Shown here piece by piece: positions 9,926-18,876 of a stretch of DNA of 64,000 nucleotides; within the stretch, counting starts at the first letter, position 1; each line of letters starts with the position of its first letter. The notes beneath the pieces were generated by a model, which did no database searches, was not told where the DNA came from, and saw only the letters and a program-made list of their open reading frames with translations. Both the position numbers and the translations under genes were made by a program. The stretch is from an uncultured bacterium (lineage in GTDB: Bacteria > Bacteroidota > Ignavibacteria > OLB7). The stretch covers positions 10,842 to 74,841 of the forward strand of contig CBINGZ010000024.1 of assembly GCA_966250335.1 (NCBI GenBank), read 5' to 3'.

Positions 9926-10702
9926 GTGGCTTCCAGTAGACCGCATTTATCCCGACTCGATCTTTCACGCAGACTTGCCGCCGAAGCGCTCGGCACGGCC
10001 CTTCTTCTGGCGACGATCGTCGGCTCCGGCATCATGGCCGAGCGGCTTGCCGCGGGGAACGCCGGGCTGGCTCTGCTGGCGAATTCGGTCGCGACGGGGG
10101 GGGTGCTCGTGGCCCTTATCCTGACGTTCGGCCCGATATCGGGCGCGCATTTCAATCCGGCGGTGACGCTTGCCGACGCGACGCAGCGGGGGATATCGTG
10201 GAAGGATGTTCCGGGCTATATCGCGGCGCAGTTCGCGGGGGCGTTCGCCGGTGTCGCCGTCGCGAACGTCATGTTCGACCTCCCCCTCTTTTTCGCGTCG
10301 CATCACGAGAGAAACGGCGCGGGTCAGTTGACGGGCGAGTTCGTGGCGACCTTCGGCCTGCTCTCGGTGATCTGGGGCTGCTCCCGCTACCGGCCCGGGG
10401 TTACTCCGTTTGCCGTGGGGGCGTATATCACCGGGGCGCTCTGGTACACATCATCCACGTCGTTCGCGAACCCGGCGGTGACGCTGGCACGCTCGGTCAC
10501 CGACACGTTCGCGGGAATCCGCATCGACGACGTGCCCGGTTTCGTTGCCGTGCAGCTTCTGGGCGCGGCGGCGGCAACGCTTCTTTTCCGCTGGCTGACG
10601 CCGCCGCTTTCCGCCGGGGCCGATGCCGTTGTCTCGGGTCCGCCGGAGATGGTCTCCGGCGGATCGCGGGGGGATTCGCAGATATCGGGAGATCCTACAT
10701 GA
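9926..10702 (+). CDS. MIP/aquaporin family channel (AqpS-like arsenite channel)
   Basis: SGAHFNPAVT and FANPAVT dual NPA motifs; located in an ars cluster. Confidence 0.9.
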   Translation: MASSRPHLSRLDLSRRLAAEALGTALLLATIVGSGIMAERLAAGNAGLALLANSVATGGVLVALILTFGPISGAHFNPAVTLADATQRGISWKDVPGYIAAQFAGAFAGVAVANVMFDLPLFFASHHERNGAGQLTGEFVATFGLLSVIWGCSRYRPGVTPFAVGAYITGALWYTSSTSFANPAVTLARSVTDTFAGIRIDDVPGFVAVQLLGAAAATLLFRWLTPPLSAGADAVVSGPPEMVSGGSRGDSQISGDPT

Positions 10703-11169
10703 ACACCCAGTCAGAACAACAAGAGAGTTACAACATCCAGACCATGAGCGAACCACTACGCGTTCTGTTCGTCTGCACCGGCAATTCCGCGCGCAGCCAG
10801 ATGGCAGAAGGGCTGCTGCGTCATTTCGGCGGGGGGCGGTACGAAGTCCACAGCGCCGGCACGAATCCGACATCCCTTCGTCCGGAGGCCGTCGAGGTGA
10901 TGCGGGAGGCGGGCATCGACATTTCGGGACAGAAATCCAAGTCTCTGGAGGAGTATATCGGACAGGATTTCGATTACGTCATCACCGTCTGCAGCAAGGC
11001 CAAGGAGAGCTGCCCGGTCTTCCCGGGCGATACCGATCATATCGCATGGGATTTCGACGACCCGGCCGAAGTCCAGGGCTCGGAGGAGAAGCGCATGCAC
11101 GAGTTCCGGCGCGTCCGCGACGAGATCCATCAGCGGCTGAGCCTCTTCATGTCGGCGGATCACCGGTAG
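10699..11169 (+). CDS. arsC: Arsenate reductase (thioredoxin-type, LMW-PTP fold)
   Basis: VLFVCTGNSARSQMAEG P-loop plus VITVC...ESCPVFPG resolving cysteines and WDFDDPA; start overlaps the aquaporin stop (alternative ATG at 10744). Confidence 0.85.
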   Translation: MNTQSEQQESYNIQTMSEPLRVLFVCTGNSARSQMAEGLLRHFGGGRYEVHSAGTNPTSLRPEAVEVMREAGIDISGQKSKSLEEYIGQDFDYVITVCSKAKESCPVFPGDTDHIAWDFDDPAEVQGSEEKRMHEFRRVRDEIHQRLSLFMSADHR

Positions 11170-11235
11170 ATCGTTGTAGGATGTTTTGTCCGATACCTGT
11201 GCCGGACGGTCCGGTATAGATATCGGATAACGAGA

Positions 11236-11271
11236 GGAAGCAGGCGACGGCCGATACCGTCGCCTGCTTCC
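11236..11271. terminator. Hairpin between convergent arsC and SDR genes
   Basis: Perfect 15-bp stem ggaagcaggcgacgg / ccgtcgcctgcttcc with a 6-nt loop. Confidence 0.65.
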
Positions 11272-11273
11272 GT

Positions 11274-12233
11274 TCATGCGATTTCCGGGAACGGGATTTC
11301 CACGATGCCGTCGAACCAGTAGCTGTAGAAGGTCTCGTCGCACGCCTTGATCGGCTTGCCGAACGCCTCCGCGAAATATCGTCCCCAGTGCGGAGTCGCT
11401 CCGTCGATATCGGTGAACCCGTACTCCTCGGAAAGCCCCCACGAGCTGAACACACGACCGTTCTTCCGCGACAGATCGGGATCTGCCGCCAGCGCCGCCA
11501 CGGCGCGCCCCACGAAGAAGGGGGTCTCCGACGCGATGAAATGCGGGTCCGTCGCCGTCCCCTCCCGCCAGTTCTCGACCGTCACGCCGTAGAGCTCCAG
11601 CATTGCCTCCGACCGGAGATATCCCGGTGTGACCGCCAGGGCGGTCACACCGTGCCGGCGCAGATCGCGCGACATGGCGAACGCCAGGCGGATGACCGAC
11701 GTCTTCACAAGATCGTAGTACAGAGTGCCGCGATAGCCGAAGCTGTCGCCGTCGGTGATCTCCACGATCAGACCGCTCCCGCGCTCGATCATCAGCGGCG
11801 CTGCATATCGGCTTGTGATAATATGCGAGTTCACCGCCCGCTCGATCATCAGCAGGCCGTTCTCCAGCGAATGTTCCCAGAAGGGGGCGGTGAACTCGGT
11901 GAGAGCATCGCCGCCCCATACGTCGTTGACCAGGATATCGAGCTTCCCCTCATCGCTCCTGATCCGTTCGAACAGTCCCTGCACCTGCTCCGGGAGGGTG
12001 TGATCCACCTGTTCGTATCGTCCGATTCCTCCATGCGCCGTGACCATCTCGGCCGTCTCTTCTATCGTCTCCGGGCGGTTCCCGGTCGCCGGGTTCCCCC
12101 GGACGCTCCGTCCCGTGCAGTAGACCGTCGCCCCTGCCTCCCCCAGCATGCACGCTATGCCGCGCCCGGCGCCGCGGGTCGCCCCCGCCACCACGGCGAT
12201 CTTCCCTTCAAGCTTTCGTGTCGGGTGTTCCAT
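11274..12233 (-). CDS. Short-chain dehydrogenase/reductase (DHRS1-like)
   Basis: GATRGAGRGIA Rossmann motif, LDILVND, YDLVK catalytic YxxxK. Confidence 0.9.
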   Translation of the reverse strand: MEHPTRKLEGKIAVVAGATRGAGRGIACMLGEAGATVYCTGRSVRGNPATGNRPETIEETAEMVTAHGGIGRYEQVDHTLPEQVQGLFERIRSDEGKLDILVNDVWGGDALTEFTAPFWEHSLENGLLMIERAVNSHIITSRYAAPLMIERGSGLIVEITDGDSFGYRGTLYYDLVKTSVIRLAFAMSRDLRRHGVTALAVTPGYLRSEAMLELYGVTVENWREGTATDPHFIASETPFFVGRAVAALAADPDLSRKNGRVFSSWGLSEEYGFTDIDGATPHWGRYFAEAFGKPIKACDETFYSYWFDGIVEIPFPEIA

Positions 12234-12582
12234 CGGTTGTTCCTGTAATGTGATCTCCATGAGAATTTCATGGAAACGTGAGGCGGGCAATATACAGACC
12301 CCGCCTGTCGCCGACCTTCTTCAGACCGGCGCAACATGGTGAAACCTGTAATCGCCGAATCCTTGAAGAATTCCGGTGTACACACGAACCTCTCACCACC
12401 TCACACGCATTTACATTTCTTTACACGTAATCGTGCGACATCCGATACGGACCGGAGGTCTATGTACACGCAAGGCGTTGAAAACCTCACACTTCGGATT
12501 CGTGAGATGCCTGCCGGGTCGATTCCGGCTCGTGAAGGCGTGGAAGGCCAGGCAACTCATCCTCATTCGATCACGACAGAAC

Positions 12583-13620
12583 ATGACACTCCATACCCGG
12601 ATCGCGCGCGGCTCGGCCGCACTCTTCGCCCTTCTCCTTCCGGCGCTTCTCCTGATCTCCCCCTCTGCGGGGCTTGCCCAGAAGGGGACGCCGACCAAGG
12701 CGTTCGTCGTCAACATCCTCGACTCGACCGTCTCCGACATCGATCTCAGCACGATGACGGAGCTGCGCCGGATCAAGGTGGGGGCCCGCCCCTACTACCC
12801 CTGCGTGACCGCCGACAATTCGGTCGTTGCGGTGACGGTGGAAGGGGAGGAGAAGGTGAAGTTCTACGACGTCGCCACCCTGAAGCCGCGCGGTGAGATC
12901 AGCGTCGGCAAGATGTACGCCGAGCACCTGATGCTCCTGCCGGACGGTCGCCAGGCGGTGCTCGCCAATCGCGCCCGGAACGCCCTGATCTTCATCGACC
13001 TGATCGAGGGGAAGGAGCTGGCGGTGATCGAGGTGAACGCGCCGCACAACATCCGCGTGGGGCCGAGCGGCCGCTATGTCTACGTCCAGAGCAAGATCGA
13101 TCCGGCGATCTCGATCGTCGACATCAAGGAGCGGAAGGTCGTCAAGCGGCACCCCCTGAAGCTGGTCCCCCGAGGGCTCGCCGTCTCTCCGGATGAGAAG
13201 ACGATATGGTTCGGCGCCAACTGGATCAACGCCCTCTTCGGCATGGACGCCGCCACCGGCAAGATCCTCCACGCGATCTCCATTCCGGTCCCCTCCACCG
13301 CTCCTCTCCTCCAGGAGAACACCTACCACGGCCTGGAGTTCGTCGGCGAGCATACGCTGCTGGCCGCGAACGAGGGGAACTCCACGCTGGACGCGATCGA
13401 CATCCGCACCGGAACCTGGACCATGCGCACGACCGATGTGGCTCGTCCCGCCGGGCTGCTGGCCCTGCCGGGAACGCTGAACGAATTCATCATCGCGAAC
13501 AAGGCCGACAACAGCGTGGCGCACGGCCGGATCGACGGGGGATCGATGGTGATGATGAAGAGGGGGGTGTTCGGCAACGGAGAAGATCTCTTCGCGAAAC
13601 GATTCGCTTTCCATAACTGA
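12583..13620 (+). CDS. Secreted YVTN/YncE-type beta-propeller protein
   Basis: Signal peptide, then repeats such as IKVGARPY, PRGLAVSPDEKTIW and ANKADNSV. Confidence 0.8.
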   Translation: MTLHTRIARGSAALFALLLPALLLISPSAGLAQKGTPTKAFVVNILDSTVSDIDLSTMTELRRIKVGARPYYPCVTADNSVVAVTVEGEEKVKFYDVATLKPRGEISVGKMYAEHLMLLPDGRQAVLANRARNALIFIDLIEGKELAVIEVNAPHNIRVGPSGRYVYVQSKIDPAISIVDIKERKVVKRHPLKLVPRGLAVSPDEKTIWFGANWINALFGMDAATGKILHAISIPVPSTAPLLQENTYHGLEFVGEHTLLAANEGNSTLDAIDIRTGTWTMRTTDVARPAGLLALPGTLNEFIIANKADNSVAHGRIDGGSMVMMKRGVFGNGEDLFAKRFAFHN

Positions 13621-13698
13621 ATTCCGGGCGGAGCCCGGCTCCGCCCCTCTCAGGTATTCTCTCCCGTTCACGAACACTCATCCAGGACAAGGAGCACA

Positions 13699-16128
13699 AT
13701 GCCCCTCACTACGATCTATCCTGTCCGATCCGGGGCCGCGTCACGCGGGCTTCTGATGGCGGCTCTTCTCGGCGCATCGATTCTTCTTCCCGCGATCTCG
13801 TCGGCGCAGCAGCCGGCCGTGGGTTCCATCACCGGCCGGGTCACGGCCCGCGACGGGTCCGGTCTGGCGCACTCCACGGTGGCGCTCGACGACAGGAAGC
13901 AGGGGACCGTGGCAAAGGCCGACGGAAGCTTCAGGCTCGACAACGTCCCGGCGGGGAAGCACCGGTTGATCGTATCGCATGTGGGCTATACTCCCTTCGA
14001 GACCGACGTGACGGTGAAGGGGGGAGGGGTCGAGCGGGTGGAGATCGTGCTCGATGAGCGTCCGGCGGGATCGGCGATCATCATCAACGCGCCGCGTGTT
14101 CCCTACAGGCCGCAGCTCTCCTCGACCGCGACCAAGACGAACACGCCGCTGATCGAGACGCCGGCCAGCGTCCAGATCCTGACGGGGGAGCGGCTCACGG
14201 AGCAGAAGGTCGATCGTGTCAACGAGATGTTCGAATACATGACGGGTGTGGTGCAGGGGGGAGGGCAGCGCGCGCAGGATTATCTGATGCGCGGCTTCGC
14301 CGTCGACAACCGCTTCATCCCGTACCAGATCGACGGCATCTCCGGCGGCGTCTGGCGTCAGCACGAGCCCCCGGCGGCGATCATCGAACGGGTGGAATAT
14401 CTGAAAGGCCCCAACTCGACCCTCTACGGGATCACGCAGCTCGGCGGCGTCATCAACTACGTCACGAAGAAGCCGAAGGCCTCCCCCGAGGCGAGTATCG
14501 AACTGCGACATTCCACCTACGCCAGCGAGCTTTCCCCGCTCGGCGCGCGCAACAGCGCGAACGTTGCCGCCGACATGACCGGGCCGATCGACGAGGAGGG
14601 GGAGTTCCTCTATCGGGTCATCGCGAACACGATGAACACCACCACCTACAGGGATGGTGTGGAGGAGTCGAGCCTCGACCTGCTCCCGGAGATGACCTGG
14701 AACATGAGCCCGGCCACGCAGCTCACCGTCTCCATGAACGTCAACGTGGACAAGGGAAAGTGGGATGAATTCCTTCCGGTGCCGGGACGCGATCTCTCCA
14801 AGATCCCCGATCTCCGCACCCGCATCAACGATCCCGACGACTCCTACTGGGATTACGGCTGGGGGCTGGGATATATCGCACGGCATTCGATCGGCGACGA
14901 CTGGGTCATCAGGTCGGTGGGCCGCCATACCGAGAGAATCGACGGACGCCGTCTCTTCGAGTTCGCCGGACTGAAGCCCGACAACCAGACGATGCGCCGC
15001 AACTGGCGCGACCAGTTCAACGAGAGATATTACACGTACTTCGATGTAACGGCCGAGGGAAATCTGGAGACCGGCGGGATCTCCCACACGCTGCTGGCCG
15101 GTCTGACGATCGGCAACGAGCGGATCCATTTCGACAGGCGGAATCTGCAGGGGGACTCCACGCTCGACGTGAACATCTACAACCCGGTCCATGAGGTCGG
15201 CCCCCTCTTCCCGATCAAGCGCGGCTACAACCGCTTCTGGAACAACGTCTTCCTGGGGGGCTACCTGCAGGATCAGATCAAGGTGATCGAGCAGGTCAGG
15301 CTGGTGGCGGGTGTGCAGTACACGAACGCCTCCACCCACCACGAGGAGCGCCAGGCCGGCCTCGACTTCCAGAAGGATGACGCCGGGTTCTCTCCGCGCG
15401 TCGGTCTGGTCGTGATGCCGATGGAGGATCTTTCGCTCTACGGCTCGTACAGCACCTCCTTCAGCCCCACCAACGCCGAGCGCGAGAACGCCGAGGGGAA
15501 CCTCGACTTCGAGCCGGAGATCGGGAGCCAGATCGAGGGAGGGGTGAAGTTCAATCTGATGGATGCGGGCGTCGGCGGCACGGTCTCTCTCTTCCAGCTC
15601 GACTACGAGAACGCCCTGAACGCCACGGGCGCCCTCAACCCGAACGGGAACACGATCTACGTGCAGAGCGGCGCGGCGCGGAGCAAGGGAGTGGAGATCG
15701 ATCTCTACACGGCGCCGTTCGAGGGACTCTATATCACGGCAGGATATGCCTACACCGACGCCAGGGTCACCGAGGATACCAACGCGGCCCGGGTCGGCCA
15801 GCGGCTCCCCTACGTTCCGTACAACACGATGAACGTCTGGGCCACCTACAGCCTTCCCTTCCAGGCAATCCGCGGGCTGAACGTCGGGCTCGGCGTGGTC
15901 CGCATGGACAAGAGGCCGACGGAGTTCCCGACCTCGAACGGGCAGCTCCTGATGCTTCCGGAGTATACCCGCCTGGACGGGCTGATCTCCTACGAGTTTC
16001 CTTCGGCCACGCTCTCGCTGAACGTGACCAATCTTCTCGATGAGCGATATTTCTCCAGCGGCGGCGTCTCCCGGATCATCCCGGGAACCCCGAGGACGGT
16101 GCGCACATCGCTCCAGGTACGGATGTGA
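13699..16128 (+). CDS. TonB-dependent receptor (siderophore-receptor-like) with N-terminal carboxypeptidase-regulatory-like domain
   Basis: ATKTNTPLIETPASVQIL plug, IERVEYLKGPNSTLYG...GGVINYVTKKP, C-terminal LNVTNLLDERYF...PGTPRT. Confidence 0.92.
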   Translation: MPLTTIYPVRSGAASRGLLMAALLGASILLPAISSAQQPAVGSITGRVTARDGSGLAHSTVALDDRKQGTVAKADGSFRLDNVPAGKHRLIVSHVGYTPFETDVTVKGGGVERVEIVLDERPAGSAIIINAPRVPYRPQLSSTATKTNTPLIETPASVQILTGERLTEQKVDRVNEMFEYMTGVVQGGGQRAQDYLMRGFAVDNRFIPYQIDGISGGVWRQHEPPAAIIERVEYLKGPNSTLYGITQLGGVINYVTKKPKASPEASIELRHSTYASELSPLGARNSANVAADMTGPIDEEGEFLYRVIANTMNTTTYRDGVEESSLDLLPEMTWNMSPATQLTVSMNVNVDKGKWDEFLPVPGRDLSKIPDLRTRINDPDDSYWDYGWGLGYIARHSIGDDWVIRSVGRHTERIDGRRLFEFAGLKPDNQTMRRNWRDQFNERYYTYFDVTAEGNLETGGISHTLLAGLTIGNERIHFDRRNLQGDSTLDVNIYNPVHEVGPLFPIKRGYNRFWNNVFLGGYLQDQIKVIEQVRLVAGVQYTNASTHHEERQAGLDFQKDDAGFSPRVGLVVMPMEDLSLYGSYSTSFSPTNAERENAEGNLDFEPEIGSQIEGGVKFNLMDAGVGGTVSLFQLDYENALNATGALNPNGNTIYVQSGAARSKGVEIDLYTAPFEGLYITAGYAYTDARVTEDTNAARVGQRLPYVPYNTMNVWATYSLPFQAIRGLNVGLGVVRMDKRPTEFPTSNGQLLMLPEYTRLDGLISYEFPSATLSLNVTNLLDERYFSSGGVSRIIPGTPRTVRTSLQVRM

Positions 16129-16555
16129 CGGAACGGGGTCGGGCCGACCGACCCCCTGTTCCTCTCCGGTTCGGCAACACGCCGTTGAAAAATCCAGCCG
16201 CCTGGTTCCGAGGTCTCCGGAACGCGGCCGCACAGCGATCCTCATGCTGACAACACACCCGGGCGGACGACTCTAACTGGCGTCGAGCCGTCCGCCCGGA
16301 AATGTACACGGAACGTGGAGGCATGAAGGATTTGAAAATCTCATGGAGCGATCTATATGCCGTCGCTCCTTCCTTGAGCATGAGCGCCCGTCAGGGACGT
16401 ACGACCATGCACCTCATGCCGGCACGGCCGGGCGGAGACGGCCGCTTTGAGCTGTCGTGGCCGTCCGCCCGGTAACGGCCGGCAACCTTTCCCGACGCGG
16501 GTCGGGACCGAACGTCAACGGAAGAACAAACGCAGCGGGGAATATTTCATATCGT

Positions 16556-17362
16556 ATGAAGAGCATCTTCGATCGCGTCGGAACCATCGTATCTCGTATC
16601 GGCGTGCGCTTGCTCGCCCTCGTCCTCATCCTCCTGACATTCGGCGCCGCGGAGCGGCTGAACGCGCAGGATCCTTCCCCCGGATCGATGAGGCTGGTCA
16701 TCAAGTACCGCTGCCGCGCGGCCGACCGTCCGGCCTTCCTGGAGGCGATGCGGACCGACGGGACGAAACGGTTCGACGGGTGGAGGAACGACGGCGTCAT
16801 CAGCGACTATCTGCTGATGTTCAACACGGTCTGCGACACCGGGACGTGGGATATGATGGCGGTCCTCTCCTTCGCGACCTACGATCATACGGCGCGGTGG
16901 TACGACATCGAGGAGAAGTTCCCCGGCGGGCTGACGCCGGAGCTGCTGAAGATCGCGACCCCCGTGGAGACACATCTCGCGGAGTCGAAATGGTCGTTCG
17001 GAAAACCGGGCGACAGGCGCTCGGCGGTCTACATGGTGATCCCCTACAATCATCCCGACCGCACCGTCTACACGAACTTCGTGAACGCGGTACTGGTGCC
17101 GCAGTTCGAGGGATGGATGCGCGAGGGGGCGCTGAGGGCCTGGTCGATTCTCCTTACATCGCATTATCCCGGCAGGCCGTACGATATATGGCTGATCCTG
17201 GAGTACGACGGGATCAACGGTCTGGCGCACCGCAACTCGGCCCGCGATGCGACGGCCGCCCTCCTGGAGAAGGATCCGGGATGGAGCCTTCTCAGAAAGG
17301 TCTCCGAGGCGTATCGGAGCGAACATGAAGTCACGATCGCACGAGCGGTAACAACCCGGTAG
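16556..17362 (+). CDS. Secreted hypothetical protein with an internally duplicated domain (paralog 1)
   Basis: Signal peptide; two related halves (RFDGWRNDGVISDY / QFEGWMREGALRAW). Confidence 0.75.
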   Translation: MKSIFDRVGTIVSRIGVRLLALVLILLTFGAAERLNAQDPSPGSMRLVIKYRCRAADRPAFLEAMRTDGTKRFDGWRNDGVISDYLLMFNTVCDTGTWDMMAVLSFATYDHTARWYDIEEKFPGGLTPELLKIATPVETHLAESKWSFGKPGDRRSAVYMVIPYNHPDRTVYTNFVNAVLVPQFEGWMREGALRAWSILLTSHYPGRPYDIWLILEYDGINGLAHRNSARDATAALLEKDPGWSLLRKVSEAYRSEHEVTIARAVTTR

Positions 17363-17419
17363 TGCCCCCGGCGCCCGGATCATCCATAGCAACGTTCCTT
17401 CAACCTCAGTATCCCCAGT

Positions 17420-18211
17420 ATGATGAGATCGACACTCTGCATGAAATCGGCTCGTTACGCGATCATTCTCTTCCTTGCGACTCTTCTCGGTTCTGCGGCC
17501 GCCCACGCGCAGACCGAGCCGAAGGGGGTCACACAGATGTTCATTACCTACCGATGTGATCCCGCCAACCGGGTCGCCTTCATCAAGGGGCTGGAAGGGG
17601 AGGGGATCAAGCGCTTCGACGAATGGAAACGGACAGGCGTCATCGGCGACTATCTCCTCCTCTACAACAATTTCGTCGACGCCAACACCTGGGATGCCAT
17701 GGTGACGGTGACCTTCAACGACTACGCGCAGACCGAGAAATGGAGAGCCGTCGACAAGAACAACCCGGGCGGCCTGAGCGCCGAGATGCTGAAGATCGCC
17801 TCGCCGCATACCACCTATCTGGCGGACATGCTCGTTCGCAAAGGTTCGGCGGGAGATCAATCCAAGTCGATCTATGTCGTAATCCCATACGATTACACCG
17901 ACAGAGGAACGTACGTCAACTACATCAGGACCTACGGCGTGCCGCAGTTCGACGGGTGGATTCGCGAGGGAGCGATCACCAGCTACAGCATCTTCCTGAA
18001 CCAGCATGCGCCGGGCGCTCCCTGGGACGCGCTCCTGCTCTTCGAATACAAGGGGATCGAAGGGCTCGCGATGCGGGAGGTGATCAAGCAGAAGGTCCGC
18101 GCCGGACTCGCGGCCGACCCCTCCTGGAAGCTTCTCTCCGACACGAAGCTCGACTTCCGGGTGGAGCGTGAGGTCGTGATGGCGAGCGCCGTCCAGAGCT
18201 CCGGCAGATGA
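17420..18211 (+). CDS. Secreted hypothetical protein (paralog 2 of 16556-17362)
   Basis: Signal peptide AHA/Q; aligns throughout with paralog 1 (YRC, TWD, PGGL, VIPY, PQFxGW, DPxW). Confidence 0.8.
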   Translation: MMRSTLCMKSARYAIILFLATLLGSAAAHAQTEPKGVTQMFITYRCDPANRVAFIKGLEGEGIKRFDEWKRTGVIGDYLLLYNNFVDANTWDAMVTVTFNDYAQTEKWRAVDKNNPGGLSAEMLKIASPHTTYLADMLVRKGSAGDQSKSIYVVIPYDYTDRGTYVNYIRTYGVPQFDGWIREGAITSYSIFLNQHAPGAPWDALLLFEYKGIEGLAMREVIKQKVRAGLAADPSWKLLSDTKLDFRVEREVVMASAVQSSGR

Positions 18212-18539
18212 GCCTGAGATCGTCTCGTGCCGCGATGATCCGGGCCGCTCCCGCTATCTGATCCCGGAGTTCGAGGGATGGCGCGCGGCAGGGGCGCTTG
18301 CCGGCTACCAGGTGATGACGAACAGATTTCCCGGCGGGCGCGCATGGGAGATCATGTTGATACAGCACTATCACGATGCATCCGCGCTATCGCGACGCGA
18401 AGACGTCCGAAGCGGAACGATCGATTCACTCAGGCGGGATCCCGCGTGGATTCTGCTGCACAACGAAAAGGGTAGATACCGGACGTCGAATCGTCCGGAG
18501 AACATACCGGTGATTGCGCGAGCTCTCCCAAACGGCTGA
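18208..18539 (+). pseudogene. Internally deleted third paralog of the 16556/17420 family
   Basis: ATGA-coupled start gives MSLRSSRAAMIRAAPAI*. Another frame from about 18255 reads YLIPEFEGWRAAGALAGYQVMTNRFPGGRAWEIMLI...DPAWILL...VIARA*, matching the C-terminal third of both paralogs. Confidence 0.7.
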
Positions 18540-18549
18540 GTATGAAGGG

Positions 18550-18565
18550 TGTGAGGGGATTCACA
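18550..18565. promoter_or_regulatory. CRP/FNR-family consensus box TGTGA-N6-TCACA (copy 1)
   Basis: tgtga ggggat tcaca, intergenic, upstream of the SulP gene. Confidence 0.55.
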
Positions 18566-18675
18566 CTCGAATTATGAAAGCTGCACGTCGGATTGTGGGG
18601 ATACATCGGACGTCGGGTCGTTCGTGCAACCTCCGGTAAACGCTCGGCCGGTGTCGGTCGGCAGTGCGAATCGGG

Positions 18676-18691
18676 TGTGAGGGGATTCACA
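18676..18691. promoter_or_regulatory. CRP/FNR-family consensus box TGTGA-N6-TCACA (copy 2)
   Basis: Identical tgtga ggggat tcaca 126 bp downstream of copy 1. Confidence 0.55.
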
Positions 18692-18876
18692 ACCGGATCG
18701 TACGGGCCGGCACCGGAGCCGGGCGTCGTTCTTTTCAGGGGGAGATGCCGGCAAAGGGAGCACGGTAACGGAGATCAGGGGGATTGTCGATCGATCCCGT
18801 ATTGAATCGGCGGTTCGTGCGTGAATAGGAGACTCGATGCGGACCGCATCGATTCCGCAACATCTTCGACACAGCC

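Noticed and set aside
12290-12582. Cobalamin or TPP riboswitch upstream of the TonB operon
   Set aside because: The conserved B12-box/GGGAA...GCCACTG or TPP CTGAGA...ACCTG elements are not recognisable.
12462-16343. Shared atgtacacg...ttgaaaa[ct]ctca words upstream of the propeller gene (12462) and paralog 1 (16301)
   Set aside because: Short, differently spaced, non-palindromic matches that cannot be distinguished from chance without a genome-wide test.
18547-18691. 19-bp direct repeat as a mini-CRISPR
   Set aside because: Only two copies, repeat too short, spacer 107 bp, no cas genes; kept as a regulatory candidate instead.
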